This document shows, in pieces, positions 23,501-38,500 of a stretch of DNA of 64,000 nt; the first letter of the stretch is position 1, and every line of letters begins with the position of its first letter. The translations under genes were made by a program, and so were the position numbers. The DNA lies in the NCBI GenBank assembly GCA_976226885.1, contig OZ320319.1, positions 66,278,001 to 66,342,000 of the forward strand, given 5' to 3'. The DNA is from Iphione sp. A-MEVVRFRX5 (Eukaryota). The notes beneath the pieces were generated by a model. The model saw only the letters and a list, made by a program, of their open reading frames with translations, did not search any database and had not been told where the DNA came from.

Positions 23501-26500
23501 ATACATGATTCATTAAAATGTGAGTAGTAGACGTGATATTGTCATATACATGTTTCCCTTTTAGTGAAAATTAACATATAAAAAATTAAAAATAAAAAGT
23601 ACAACCTACCGACGGACCCTGTATTTTTTCAGCTTATCACTAGAAACACTAGAACTTTTGTAGGCCTTAGTGATGTGCCCCGGATAGGGTATACTACTTA
23701 AGGACAGGATGACTTTCGTATCAGTGATGTGACAGCAGTTGGGATTAACCTACCTTGAGATCCAAGTGAATGATGTTGTGCTTGTGCATGTGCGCCACAC
23801 CCTGACAGACCTGCCGCATGTAGTGGATGCACTCATCCTCAGTGAGGTCATGATCAGCCTCCGCCAAACGCTCATACAGATCACCACCCGAAAGACTGAG
23901 AACACAAGTACAGACCAAAAGATTCACTACATAATGACACATGAAACAAATACTTGCCTGATGATGAAATACACACATAGGGACGTGCATACACATACAT
24001 ACTTATCTTGAAAATAATTTGTGAGGTTAAATATGAGTTATTTTCCTTTTTTCCTTCTTTTTTCACTGTGAATATGGAATTGCATTTAATGGATAAAATA
24101 AGGGAACTCCAGTACGTAAAGTCTGGCTCTGTGAAAAAAAACACCGCAAAAAACAAATGTTTGTACTGGAATCTCATTTATTTGGCTAATACACAATGCA
24201 TTACCCTTCTTTAGTAAATAAATCACGAGAGACACTCACAATTCTAATATCATGATGATCTCCCCAGGAGCTTGGAAGGCCTCATGGAGGGAGAGGAGTT
24301 TCTTGTGGTGGAGATCATTCATCACTTCCATCTCTCGCCGCACGTACTCGCGCTCCACGGGCTGACAACGGATGAACTTAGCCGCCCAGTTCACGCCGGT
24401 GGCTTTCTCGATGGCACGATGAACTACGCCGTACTTACCCCTACACACAACAAAAACCAATACCTGATATAGGTACAGGTATACGTGTTTTAACTTCTGT
24501 GAATGAAGTAGATGTATTCTGTGAAATCACGTCATTGTGGGAAAATTTGCAATCAGAGACTCACTGTTTCAACAACACTTTTCAAGGCTTTTTAGCTTCA
24601 TGTTGATTATTACATAATTTATGTGTTTTTTGAGTAATACGTCTGTATTTCTTCACTTCTTTTTTCATTTTCTTTTTAAAAGGGTCTAGAAAATAGTGGT
24701 CTTAGGCCACAATATCATAGGTTGCGCTAATTTTGTCATAAAGAGGTTTCATTGTCAGAGGATGTGTTAATAGGAGTGTACCTGTATGTGAAAGCAAAGT
24801 GAAATAGTGTTTTTTGCAAGTAGTTAAGTGAATTGCAAAATAATATCTTTCTTTTTTCTGAGAGATTTCTTTTAAATACAAAATTTAAAACATATTATTA
24901 GTCAGCAAAAACTGACACTGCTGTTCTCTTCGATGGAAGATAAAGTTGGTGACGCAAGGGTATGTGCTGGAAACCCTGCCTGGACTAATTTCCTTCCTCA
25001 TTAAACGTATATGCAAGATTAATTCAGACGAGTGCATAACCGCTCTACTCTTGATGTTTTTGTATTCAACTTCTTCCCGTCAGAGTTTAGTACGTATACA
25101 ATGTTTTCTACATACATATATTTATTACCACCTGAAAAGGAATAAATAGCTCACCTGCCGATCTCTTCACAGATGATGTATTTGGAATACACATCTCGCT
25201 TGAGATTATCGACATTGACCTTAGTGTATTGGAAGTCGGTCGTAACTGGAAACAACCAGGACATTGTTATAGGTACACTGCACCAAAACGGACGATAGAC
25301 CATCTCGTTTAATTTTTGTTTGAGAAACGAAGGGAAAACGTACGGATTTGTGATATAATATACCTGGACATACATTACTTCCATGTACCATGAACTTATT
25401 CGGCATCTCGAAATATCACTCTAGACTACGCCTCATGCATAATGAAATCATTTGCTTCCACCATGTTTCCATCCCCTGTATTATTAAAAAAAGATGTAAA
25501 ATTCATCAAGGTTTTTGATTGAAGCAGATGAAAATACAATTAGTGATTCTCAACGTGCTAAAGAATAGCGGGTGAATCAATAGACTACAGAATTTGATTG
25601 TATTTGCTCAGTCATAAAATTTGTATGTGGATTTGAGTGCTGACTACCAAATCTACAGATCAGCTCAACTAAACTTGGCTTTACATTACATTACTTGAGG
25701 ATGCATCTGCAAAAAGAAAGTAAGTTTCCTCTTGCTCAACAAATACCATAAGGCAAACTACACGGTACACGTCCATTCACGCATAGAAACATATAGATGA
25801 AGTATCATTTAAAATATGACAAATGGCAGACCGGGTCCTGGGCATACTAAAACTTCTTGATCAGTATTACCATTATTATTTTGGGGGCCAGGCGGAGATT
25901 ATTGATCTTGATGTTTCCACCTGGGTTGGATACGTTGACAGTTCCAAAATACAGGATTGGAAAAAAAACTAAACATCGTTTTAGTTTTCCCGACAGTAAA
26001 TGCGATTAAGCCATCAAACCATCAGAATCCACAGAACAACGTCTGTGTTATTAACTGACCGAGCTTGTCGTAGTCAATCTCGATCTTGGGCTCCTGGATC
26101 AGGATGTAGTCTGTCTCCTCGCTAGGGTCGCTGGTGCCGTAGATGTTCTCGGCGAGCACCCTGAACTTGTACTGCGTATTATCAGTCAGACGGTGGATCT
26201 TAGCGTGAGTGACGTGACTGGTGCCGCACTTCAGCCACACCTGGTGGGAAATCAATCATTTATGTATAGGCACGGCTGCTCGTTCACTACTTTACCTACT
26301 GAATGTACACGTGCCTGCTTTAAAGCTATCTCCTCAAGTGGAAGTCTTATCAGGTAGAGTACGCTTTTCTCTAATTCTGACTTTTTTCTAGACAATATAA
26401 TTGTTATCATTTATCACTAGTTACACTCTAGAATTACATGCAGGCTGCAAATCAATATTAGATGAAAAAAAACATCATTATCAGTAAGCCACAAACTCTA

Positions 26501-29500
26501 CAAATTCAACCCACAAAATGACACAATGTCAATACTGTAGAAGAAATGTGCTTTGAAGACAGCAAAATAGAGTTAAGTATAGCACTTTTAAGAAATGAAA
26601 AGTTGGGATAATCCATGTGCATGTATACTTATCTACAAAGAGTTACTATCATAGAGAGCTTAGAATGTTAATTCTAGCACGCCTGATTCACAGACATAAA
26701 CACTACGGGCTAATCGGGTGACCCAATCCCTCTCTCTTTCTGCCTTACTCTCTTTGTCCTTCAATCTCCCTCATTCTCTCTCTTCCTCCGTCCTCTCTCT
26801 TCCACACTATTTTCTCTACTTTCTGTCCTCTTAGCTCTGTCTCTGCCTTTTCTCTCTCCTTTCCTGTTATTTTTCTCCCGGTTTCTTCTCTTTAACTTGT
26901 ATGCCGTTCTCCATTTAACCCCTTTCCCCTTACTCCTTTCTATTCAGTTATTGCTGTGGACTGAACTGATGATGTTCCAGGTGTTTTAATACAGTCTAGC
27001 CAAAGTCAGACTACCATAGGCGCCCTGTACCTCTTTACTTACGTCTTGTAGGCCTATGTGTTTCCTTGTGGACTGAAACAAGTAGATTGAAATACAAGAC
27101 AGAAAGTTTGTGTACATATCCCTGTTTATAATGAGATTCAAAGGTAAAATGAGAGTAATCTATGAGGAAGTTGTACCCAGCATATTTGACAAGTGGAGAG
27201 GCTTCTCTATATGAAACGTTTCTGATGGAAAGGCTATTTCGAACGAGTGAAAACGATTGTACAATCTGTACACTAACCGCCGAACCCTTCTCCATTTTCT
27301 CGATGGTGTAGTTCATGATGAGGGCGCCACCGTCGTGTGGTGGGGGCTGCCAGTCAAGACGCAGGGAGTCCGAGGTGACCTCCGACACCTCAGGCTTACC
27401 GACAGGGGCTTCTGGACAGTCTGTGACAGTGGAAAAGATGTTATCTTTAAATTGATGCCTTTGACTTATTGTGACTTCATGGCGAATAAGATTGAAAACT
27501 GCCCTTTTACAAAATCTGCATATGTACGTATATGCTGGTTCTGGTGCTTCCCAGGTCCATTGCTCGTCACTAAAGATTTACAGGACTAAAAGCTATTTGC
27601 CCAGAGAGAAGGGAGGGACACATAGACAAGTGTTTATAGTGAGATCCACAGTCTTAGGATGATAAATGGCAAAGACATTCGGTAAAGAATCGACAAAAAG
27701 GGTGAACATCGCCATTTTTCTGAACGAAGCCATCCGTATGTTTTGATTATGAACCTTCAACGTTGATATGGACGACAGACGTACACTGATGAACATATCG
27801 CCTCATAGCAGCATGGACGTTTTTATTTTATATTGAACGCAAAGAGCTGGCTCGAGCTGTCTGCCTTTATGTTGCAGTAACAAATTATGGATATTTTACA
27901 AACGGAAATCAGCTTATAGAATGTACGCCGTCAGTTTATTTCTCATTTAATCTTATGCAACATTGAGTCCCTTTAGACCTACGGAACACCAGGGCTGCAT
28001 AATATATCTCATAAGTCTACGATTCACCTCAGTATGGTTAAACTCACCAAAGATGCTGACGGTGAAGGTGGCGGCGTCGACGCCCAGCTGGTTCTCCACG
28101 GTGATCGTATAGAGGCCCGCGTCGGTCTTCTCAACCTCCTCCACCATCAACATGGCGTACGTCTCCGTCACCGTCAGCTGGTAATGGCCGTCATCCTGAC
28201 TCAGCGGCTGTCCGTCCTTAGACCACGTCACCGACGGGAAGGGCATGCCCGTAATGGGGATGCGGATCTTGAACTTCTGGCCGCGGCTGAAGTTGAGCCC
28301 GTCGTACAGGCGCGGTGCCAACTTGAGCTTGGCCGGAGCTGCTCGAGCGGAAACGGAAACGTGCATGTTTATCGAACTATTAGTTTTATAAAATCCATCC
28401 ACATATCATCCTACTTTTCGAAAAACTCTTCCCAGAGCAATCAAACGGGTGATCTCTGATACTGCGCGCCAAGACTCTTTTGATGGAAACTGTTGATGCA
28501 GGGCCTATCCAAAATTTGAAGACATAAATTAGCTTTGCCTTTTTTGGACCCACTGGGTTGTAGACACGTTGTGAGCGTTTATACCCCAAATTAGGTTTAT
28601 TATAGGGGTATGAGAGAGTGAGTGAGTGAGAGAGAGTCCATACCCACAAACACAGCAACATTAATACGCGGTACACACCTTGCAGAGACAGGTTGGCCCT
28701 AACTGTTGCGTTGCCTGCGGTATTAAATGCTCGGCATTCGATCTCGCCGCAGTCGTCCAGAACCACGTTCTGCACAGTCATGTGACACGTCTCCTCGCTC
28801 CGACCGATGGTATGCTTGTAACCGTCGAACACCTCGCGGTAGTTCTTATACCTGTAGAAAGGAGAGGAAACGGGTTACGGCAGGGTTTTTTATTTCACAG
28901 ACCGTATTTTCTGGATGATCAGAGCTGTTGTATATGCCGAAAATGACGCACTAAAGGATCCTCATGAAGTTCTGTCAAAGCTATATTTGCTTTGATTGAC
29001 ACTTCGCAGCTATCTTTTACTATAATGGCATACGTTTTTTTTCAGTGAGGAGAAAAGGGAGCTATATGTATCTATCTATATCGGTAAGAGTGTCAGATGT
29101 ATATCTCATGTGGACGTGATCATCAGATTCTTCTTTAAAAATCTGAGCAGGAGCATTAGTTGTGGGCGGGGGCGCGGGGCGGGGGTTGGCTGAGGGGGAT
29201 TGAAGGCAATGATTGCTTGATATAGTTTATTGAATATAAAGGGAAAATGTGACATCATTTGTATTATTTTTGCTTTGTTTGTCGATCTCATTCACTCATT
29301 CGTATGAACAAATAATTCTAAAAGCCTCCACGATGCAAGAGGCGATTTTCACAACAAAGGTGATTAATTTGTCTATTTCGAAACTCCAGTTTCCAGATGA
29401 CGGGAGGTAGATGGCCCCATTGGATCTGATGTCCTTGCCCGGGATACAATTTTAACACAACCACTTTTTTCAAAGAAAAATAACCGTGGCCAAAATATGA

Positions 29501-32500
29501 ATATTTAGTTTCAGTATCTTACCCTATAGTTATTTGATAATGAACGGTCGTAATTTTAAAAGGCCTTATAATGACCATAACCATATATGCTGCCGGTGGG
29601 TACAGTGTTAATGTATGTATATACGGGCGAGCCACAAACTAAATGCATATGTACATGTATATCAAAATAATATATTGCCTGTAGAATGTTATGTTAGGTA
29701 GGGTGGATAGTGACATACACGTTTAGGATGAAATCATATTCAGTTAAGGTATTGCCCCTAACCATAGTTCGAATTTTACTGTATATCCTCTGCTTTCTTA
29801 CAACGCACTCCCGTTCCCCTAAATGGGAGCGAATTATACGCAGGGTCGCCCTTACGGGACTAATGGGTGGACGTTCATTTAACCTTACCAACGAACATCC
29901 GGCGTCGGTTTGCCCTTGACCTTGACTTGGAAGTGAGCATTTTCACCCTCACGTACACAGCGATCCTGCATGTCTTCAATGAATTTAGGCAGCTCTTGAT
30001 CTGTAAGACGCACACATATTTCCGGTTATTGCCTACGTTTCCACGGAAATATCGCTCAATTCATTTTTATATCCTTTTAGAGGGCTGGCAATCTATCAAC
30101 GAATGGCAGCTGACCAACATATTTGAAGCCTCCCATCCGTTTACCTGCCTCACCTATGTAAGCNNNNNNNNNNNNNNNNNNNNNNNNNNNNNNNNNNNNN
30201 NNNNNNNNNNNNNNNNNNNNNNNNNNNNNNNNNNNNNNNNNNNNNNNNNNNNNNNNNNNNNNNNNNNNNNNNNNNNNNNNNNNNNNNNNNNNNNNAACAG
30301 ACAGACAACCAGAGAAGTACACAAGCAGATGATTTAAGTTAGGAAAACGAGAGAGAAAAAGAGGGATTATCAATCAAAATATGTCTGTAAACAGACTAGG
30401 GGTCACGTAGGGTGTGTTGTGTGTATGTATGAAAGAGAGCGACAGACAGACAGAGACAGAGACAGAGAGAGAGAGCTCGAGACATGCATGTACATGTACA
30501 TACAAGCACACATATGGGAGGCCTTTTTCAGGGTGATCACCTGCAACATCACGTCCCTGTTAGCGACAATCAGATGGGCACTTCAAACCTAGCAGCCCTG
30601 GTATTGGAGATGACCCTTAGATACAGTTCTTTCTATGGACTTCGTCCCTCATAATTGCATTAATTTTGGTAATTATAAATTATTGAGGCGTAAAAAACCG
30701 CAACCCTCGTATCTCCCGATAATATGTATGATAGGGGTACATTCAGTGGACAGCAACTCAATGAGACGGTGCGCGCTCCTGGTATTTCAGACAGAATCTA
30801 TAAAATGCAGCAATTTAACCGCGGACTCTCTGGATTGTAGGATGAATATCCAAGACTAACCAGACGAAGCCTGGGCGGTGACAGAGTCGGACATTTCGGA
30901 CGGCTCCGACATACCGACCGCGTTCTGGGCGCACACACGGAACTCATACTGGTTGCCGTGCAGCGCGTGTCGCATGGTGTAGGGCGGCGCGTCGACCGTT
31001 CGCTTCTGGACGCGCACCCAGCGCGGGCCGCGCACCTCGCGCTGCTCGACGATGTATTGCAGGACAGGACTTCCGCCGTCTGACACGGGTGGCTCCCACC
31101 TGATGGTCACCTGGTCGTCGGTGACCTCGGTCACATACGGCCGCCCAGGCATTGAAGGGATATCTGGAGACGGGAGGGGGGAGAGGCATACGTATGGCTT
31201 AAATTTTATACATTTATAAATTCTATTAGACAAGAATTCCCTTTGCAAGGACACACTGGAAGATTGATGAGTATTATATTGTCATAATTATTTTCACTTG
31301 ATGAGTAATATATCTAATTCTGGACTTCGGGAGGAATATATGTACATATACAAGCTTGACAGGTACTCTTTCTTCACAGGATTTTACCCTATTTATTGAA
31401 GTATACATTACATGTACCTGCAACCCTACGAGAACTATACGCACGTACAAGAGAATTAACGCGCCAGATTGATGAGGATTGGGTGGAGTCGGCTCCCAGT
31501 CAGTGAGACAAATTCTATGGATTTCCCTCCAGTGTCTCCAGGCACAACTATTGATCTTTTAGACTTACCTTACAACCATCTTTAACCAAACCAATCAACA
31601 AAGGATATCGAAACAGATTAATAAGTGAAGTTGCAAACAGCATGCAAAAACGTAGTAACAAAGCAACACACCATTATATGGATTATCTGTTTCCCAAAAG
31701 TTTAGATTGCTATAAACTTCGCGTATCTTGAGCGGACTGTACCAAATGTCGCTCCCTTTGCTGATGAAGGTCCATGCCAACTGTGGGAGTGACTATATTG
31801 TGTATGTAGAAAAGGCACCTGACTTCCACTAAGGCACATGTTTATTACGGGCTAGTGGTGACTTGCTCATGATTACCAAAATGTTCAAAGCGAGCGAAAC
31901 AATTTAGAAGATCAAATTTCGTATTACTTCATAATGACATATCATGGTCTAGTTATGTATTATAAGAAAACCTATACATATTCTATAACATGTTTTCACA
32001 GATACCTCATAGACCAAAGGTCTCATCTCTGAACTAATTTATGACCTGACTTCTTAAAGTATATTGAAATGCAGAACTACATTCTCCAAGTATCCTCTTC
32101 AAAATAGACCCATCACAAACTCAAGTGCCCCAGGGAATGTTCGCTGCAATATGCAAAACACAATGTCTCCTACACGAAGAGGGTTTGATATCAACTAAGG
32201 CCATCTACATGGAATTGAAGAACTCTCTTGTTACAATCAGCGTGGGAGCATCATCCTTAAAATAGGTAAATCACTACCTATTATCTCATTACCTTCAGCT
32301 AGAGAAGTTTGATATACTTCTTCATCATTATATAACCTCAACTTTCTACTATCCAAGGAATTTGCCCACTTCCTGCTTATCTTGGTAACAATCTTATAAC
32401 CTAGCCTCCTTCACCTGTAGAAACGCACACCGCTCTTCAGAAGACCTCTACTCCAGTGTGAGAGCTCCCATGAGGGAGTAAGCCTGAAAGAGGTTGATGT

Positions 32501-35500
32501 TTTCAGATGTTTTGTAGTGTTTGAAGGGTCAAACACAAGATTTGTCTAATATCACCACCAAGACACTGGTTTTTGTGCATGAGACAATGGTGATATCAGA
32601 CTAACACCAATGTGTCTATAAATGTTAGGCAGTATCCCTATATACGCAGGTTGAGGGGCTGGGCTAAGGGAAGTCTGCACCCATATGCAACAAATGGTGG
32701 GCTTTATCCCCATGTATGCAGGTTCTATGCACTGTATATAAATGGATGAACACCTAACGTGTTATTTTTTAAAATTAATTACCTAAAAAGACACACAATT
32801 TCCATGGATTTGCCTCACTCTCAACAAAAAGATGCACAATTTCCGCTGATATGCCTCTCTTTCAACAGAAAGACACAATTCCTCTGATATGCTCACTTTC
32901 AACAAAAAAACACACAATTCCACTGATATGCCTCACTTTCTGCAAAAGTCTATTCTATTCTGTTTTATTCTATCCTATTCTCTGATACTGGAGTAGGCTT
33001 TAGGTAATTTATTTGGAGAATCTAACATATGTTAGAGAGAGAGATATGAACATAACAATCCAGACTTGGACGTGGACCAACTGGACCATCACCAATAAGG
33101 ACCATGGACTTACGTGCATGTCCATGTAACCCACATACACGGGGACATTTCTATTAAAATATACGTGTGGAGGTGCCCATCTGTAAAATCCGACCAGGTA
33201 ACCGCCAGTTTTCCATGAGCATACAGATGTGTATTCGTGATGAGTGATACACTTGAATTCAGTCATCAAGCTGACTCTCAGGCGCCCCTCTGTTTATTAT
33301 TTGAATAAATGCACTCAGGAATGTCATTATGCACCCTTGTCTTTACACACGTATTGTAAACAACCACTGGAAAAAGATAATGTACGTGCAAAACCCGCCT
33401 TAGCAATGCTGATGATGACAAAGATGGCAATGGTGAAGGATAGTGGATGCTAGGCATGTTGATTTTAACGTCCTGAGCTCATACAACTGATGCTTCTAGC
33501 TGCTCATTCCCCACCCAGCGAGTTTTCAATATCATTAGAGCTCCACATTGCAGTTACTAAAATGCTTATCATAATTTGGTCCACACCTCCGATTCAAACA
33601 AGAGGGATCATCATGAACGTTTCTACAACTCACCGCTCTATATATACCTAGGTGTTCCCCTACCTTCACATTCTCTGAAGGGTACACCCCCCCACCGCCG
33701 CCCTGTGTAACACTAGCCCAGTAACATATATCTGTAATATTTCCACTCCAGTGAATGTATTACCTTTCTTTTTGACCCCATTCTAACTATTCATAATCAT
33801 AACTATAAGCTCACCTGTCTATTTATCAGCCATCACAAAATATATTTATGAAATCCTGACCCGTGTCAGCCTTATTCCAAAACGAGACGCAACCCTCCCA
33901 TTATCAAACACGAAATTTTGAATTTCAACTGGGGATATTTATCCTAATCCCCCAATTTAGGAAGTGATACACTTGTTTTATATCTATGCTAATTCAAAAG
34001 TTGGTCAGAACAAAAGAATATATTCCCATAGCAAGTTAGTTAGTCATAATTAACATCACATACTGTATGTACAACTGATTAGGCTTGTGAAATTTATTCT
34101 TTGTAGTCATTGAAATCAAACAAACACAATTATCTTTATTTCCATTCAACTGATGTCGCCTGCAACAAAAACAATTTTCCGTGCTGTAAGAGAAAGGTTC
34201 TTTATGTGATTGAGGACAACTCACTTACCGAAACGTTTATTCAATTCAATCAAGTTATTTTCCTGATTAAAGTCTTATATTCTTTAATTTGTGATAACTT
34301 TAAGTTCTCTTGAAAATATTTTGCATATCCCGTATTGAACCGAATTTATCTATTCGTCATCCAAGTGCCCCGAATGATTTAATATGCAGAGGACTAAGTA
34401 TATCTTTATGTCTTTAAATTAATATATTAATTCTTGATAACTGTCATTCGACACTTTTGAATGATGGAGTTTTCTGAAATCATTATTAATATAAACAAAA
34501 TATGTTTACCATTAAGATGGGGTAGGAATTATTGAACGGATTGTACACGTCCAGTCAGCTCGTGCTTTCCAAAGACGTTGCGCTTCGCTCAAAAGTGTGC
34601 GGATAAGATACTTGTTCGATTCTTGAAAGCATATCTGTGAAGCCATAATAATTATAGTTTACGTGTACATGTGTTCTACATGAGCTGTTTTGTATTTTGC
34701 ATGGTTCCCTGTTTTATCATATATGTTGAGTGGCAGTAGGGCATAGCTTGCGTTTCGCATTTAAATGTGAATAAAACCTCGTAGCATCAACCCCAGAGGA
34801 TTAAAATGAGAATCTGACTTAGCATATAATTCCCTCTCCCGAAAGCTTATTACTGACCTTAATTGCCTGCTGGGATGAGCATATGTTTCCTTTATATAGA
34901 GGAGGAGCTAGACTTTAAACAGAATATACTAGGTACAATCTCAGTGCCTGTGATTAGCTACTAGCTATTACATATAAGGCATGCATTTCTGAACTAGCGC
35001 TTTCCTTACATTCTGGATTGTGATCTCTGTCTGTACAAGTGTAGTACACTATACGATATGAAAACTAAATTCTCAACGTTTACTCACTGGTGCAGTTTAG
35101 ATTCTTCTAAACTTTCCTACACATTTTCGTACGCCTATATTGCCACATGGCTTAGTTATCTGGTAATAAATATGATAAACCTAATTTAAATGTGATGTTA
35201 GGAGATTCTTTCCTGTGTTGCTAATTTCCTATCACTCCATTTGAAAGGTTCCAAAATACACTTTCATTCATCTTGACTATGTCAAACGGACCTAATGGCA
35301 CCAAAGCGAGTTGGGGGGGGGCGAGCTGAATGTAAATGGATTTACTCATGAAATAATAAATCTCACCTGAAATATTTGCCTCTCCAGTTGCCACCCCTCA
35401 CCCAGCAGATTACAGTACTCTTGTTTTAGTCTCTTTCCTTTGTTGCATGTATTCCTGAGCACGGCCTGCTAACTGTACTGTCTCAGATTAAACAGCACCC

Positions 35501-38500
35501 TCTGAAGTTTACAACGCCCTTAGATCTATGACATCTCAACATCCCGGAAAAATACAGGCAAAATGACGTGCAATAATGGCATGGACATGATATTGTCGTC
35601 CCAAACTAACTCTGAGGGGGGTTCCCATCCCATGTACATGTATTTTCATTGTTAGGTGTATTGCTGGGATGTCCAGGACAAACTGGAAATAAGGAATTAA
35701 CTGATTGCTCATCGCAGTTGAATCTTACCGACGAGGAAGCACCCTTCACAAAGCATGGGAATTTGAACCAAAGACAAACAAAGCTGTTTAGTATTTGGAT
35801 CAATGGGAAGGGTTAAATTCGGTGTAATTATTATAGACGGAATTATAAATCCATTGTCAACAATTTTTTTATGGATGTGGATGCTAGATGTGCGATAGCT
35901 TGATTTCAGCCATCATAGTGTCTATTATACTGAAAATATGCAAATGAAAAGACCATCATGCAGCCTGCTGCATAAAGGTAAAACATTTGCAACCCAGGAC
36001 GTCAGGAAAAATATGTGTGTATGGAAAGCCCAGCTTACGCTTTTAGCAAAGACAGATTGCTAGACCACTCAGTAGGCTGGTGGTGCTTCAATACCGGCTG
36101 CGTATTTCCCCAACAACAGCGGATGTCCTTGTTTCATTGTTAATAACACATATATCAACAGGCTGGAAACATTGATTATATATGCGTCCTATTGAGATAT
36201 ATGTAAATAAACTCATTCATTATCAAGGGCATTTCTACATTTGAATGGTACTTCTGTTGCAAATGTGATTCTGTAGAACCTCTCTATTGTGATCCTCAAA
36301 GGGACTTGGTCAAGCTGCACGCATCATACATGTGATCCTTTCTGAGAATTGACAGTTTACGTTAACATTATCATACCAGCACTGCAGAGACAGACTGGCT
36401 GTCAAAAAAAGACAAAGACATGTTGGACGAGACAGATAGAGACAGAGATAGACACGCAGAGAAATGAAAACAGGGACAGAAACGTATTTTCTATGTAGGG
36501 GCCGATAAAGATTACATTTATACATTATGGTCTGCATGATCAGTAGGAATTTGGTTATTTTTATTGTTTTCCCATATACGCATTGAACATAAGGACCACT
36601 TTATTAAATACATGTAATACAATACTTTGAAAGGTATCTTAGTCGAAATGAAATTAGATATATCTGCATAGATCATGCATCTGAATATTTTGAACTACTC
36701 TTGCGGACAGCCGATGCTAAGTGACCTCTATCCTGCGCCCGGTCATCGTGATTTAACATCTTGATTGCCGCATTTTTATGGCCGGCCTTTTAACTAGACG
36801 CAAGAGACGGTAAACTCGAGGCTTGCTGACTGATATTAACTGTTGTCCTTTGAGTCGGACACCCTTAAAGATTGTTGTAGAGGAATGTATATAGAGGAAA
36901 GTATAGGGGGAAATGTGGTAAGTGTACATGAGAAATGCATACTCATCAGAGTTCATGTAATTGCTGATCTCGAATTGTTTTCAAGGTTAAAAATGGCAGA
37001 ATCACACTTCGAATTGTCAAGCGTATTCAAGTTCCCTCCCATGGAAACCTTCATATTTCGATGTGGCCGACCAGATAAGTTGAACTTTCTATCATCCTTA
37101 TTTCATTGCTTTAGGCATTAGCGTTAGTATTAACCAACACGTGCGGAACTAGTCTTGCACCACAACTGAATGAATGAATGTACACTGCAATGCATACTAC
37201 TGCATCGACAGAACAAGAGTGGTGACGGGCAACCATGTGGAGTAAAAACGTTTTTAAAGACACGAAATAGATTCCCTTCTGAGAAAAATACATTTCCAGG
37301 AAAGAGGACAAGCCAGAAACATGGACAGTTCAGACGGGTGGGCGGCCCATCGTCCAACATTTGACCTTCCATGAAGCGTGCAAAAGAAAATGTGAAACTG
37401 CTAGGAATATAAGAGAAGGTAGCTGATTAACAGCAAACCTTCTCTCCTTTAAACAACGTCCATATTCAGCCACACTGGAACAGACAACAGGCGACTAAAA
37501 TGCATTCTCGGTAACTCATGCTTAGAGAGGTTGCATCGGTACATTTAGGATAGCTGGTCGGGCAAAGGAAAGTGTAGTGCAGACTGTAAAACGGAGGACA
37601 TCGTCCAAAAGTAGATGTCACAATAAAAGCGGTGGAAAATAGATAGATCCTAGTCACTGCATGCTGCGGCATCAATAAAACGGAATGCCTTGGAAATAGG
37701 TGACACATTCAACAGTGTCACAAACAACGCCAGCCAACGAACAACACTTTGGACCACGTACCCTTTTCGGCTCCTTTCACTCGGATTGGATTGTCCATTT
37801 CCATGGGTTCACTGATTCCAAACTTGTTGACCGCTTTGATTCGTACAAAGTACTCCTTTCCTGCGGCCATGTTCTCCAGTTCACACTCAGTGACGCCAGG
37901 AGGCAGGGTGGTCAGAGTGGCCCAGATTTTACACCCCGCCTCTCTTTTCTCGAGGATATAGTGGAGCACTGGGGCACCACCAATGTCATAGGGCTTCTCC
38001 CATTGGATAGAACACGATGTGGCTGTTTGGTGGGTAATACAGAGCGCACAGGGGGGGCTCGGAGCGCACTTTTCTGTAGGCAACAAATCAGGCAGAATAT
38101 GAGCAAACAAGCCAGCTCGAGCCAAAAAAGAGGTAAAAATTGGTTCTGAGGGCTATAACGGTTGTTTTTTTCTCGAATTATACGCAACATATATATTTAG
38201 ATCAGAAAAGCAAAATGACATAATTCTCAGTTTTTCTTTGACTTCTGATTCAAAATTTAAGCGCAGCATTGCTATTAAAATCCAAAGCCAATGCTCGAAG
38301 CAGGGGAGTTGCAAAGCTCAGGCTGACGTGCAGCGGCCGAAATAAAGTGAGTGGAACATTAATTACGATCGCGGTGAATGGAATTCGCATGGACAGAACG
38401 CAATTGTCCCCTGGCAATTGTTCATCTAGGTTTGATGGCTTAGGTATTATTGGTCAGGTAAACTGAGAGAAGAAAGGAGAAAGATGAAGATGGATTGATG

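Noticed and set aside
23306-23722. 28-bp near-identical motif twice in one kinase intron (CTACTTAAGG(C/A)CAGGAT(T/G)ACTTTCGTAT)
   Set aside because: Real but most simply a fragment of a small repeat; no TIR/TSD or functional context found
30164-30295. Exon hidden in the N gap
   Set aside because: The missing Ig half was found at 29889-30000 and phases are continuous; an optional cassette cannot be excluded
32040-32520. Possible decayed LINE ORF2 3' end on the minus strand (KWANSLDSRKLRLYN..)
   Set aside because: Only a vague resemblance with several stops and no RT core motif; needs RepeatMasker or tblastx
32785-32947. CRISPR-like array
   Set aside because: Contiguous degenerate units with no unique spacers in a eukaryotic intron; a minisatellite
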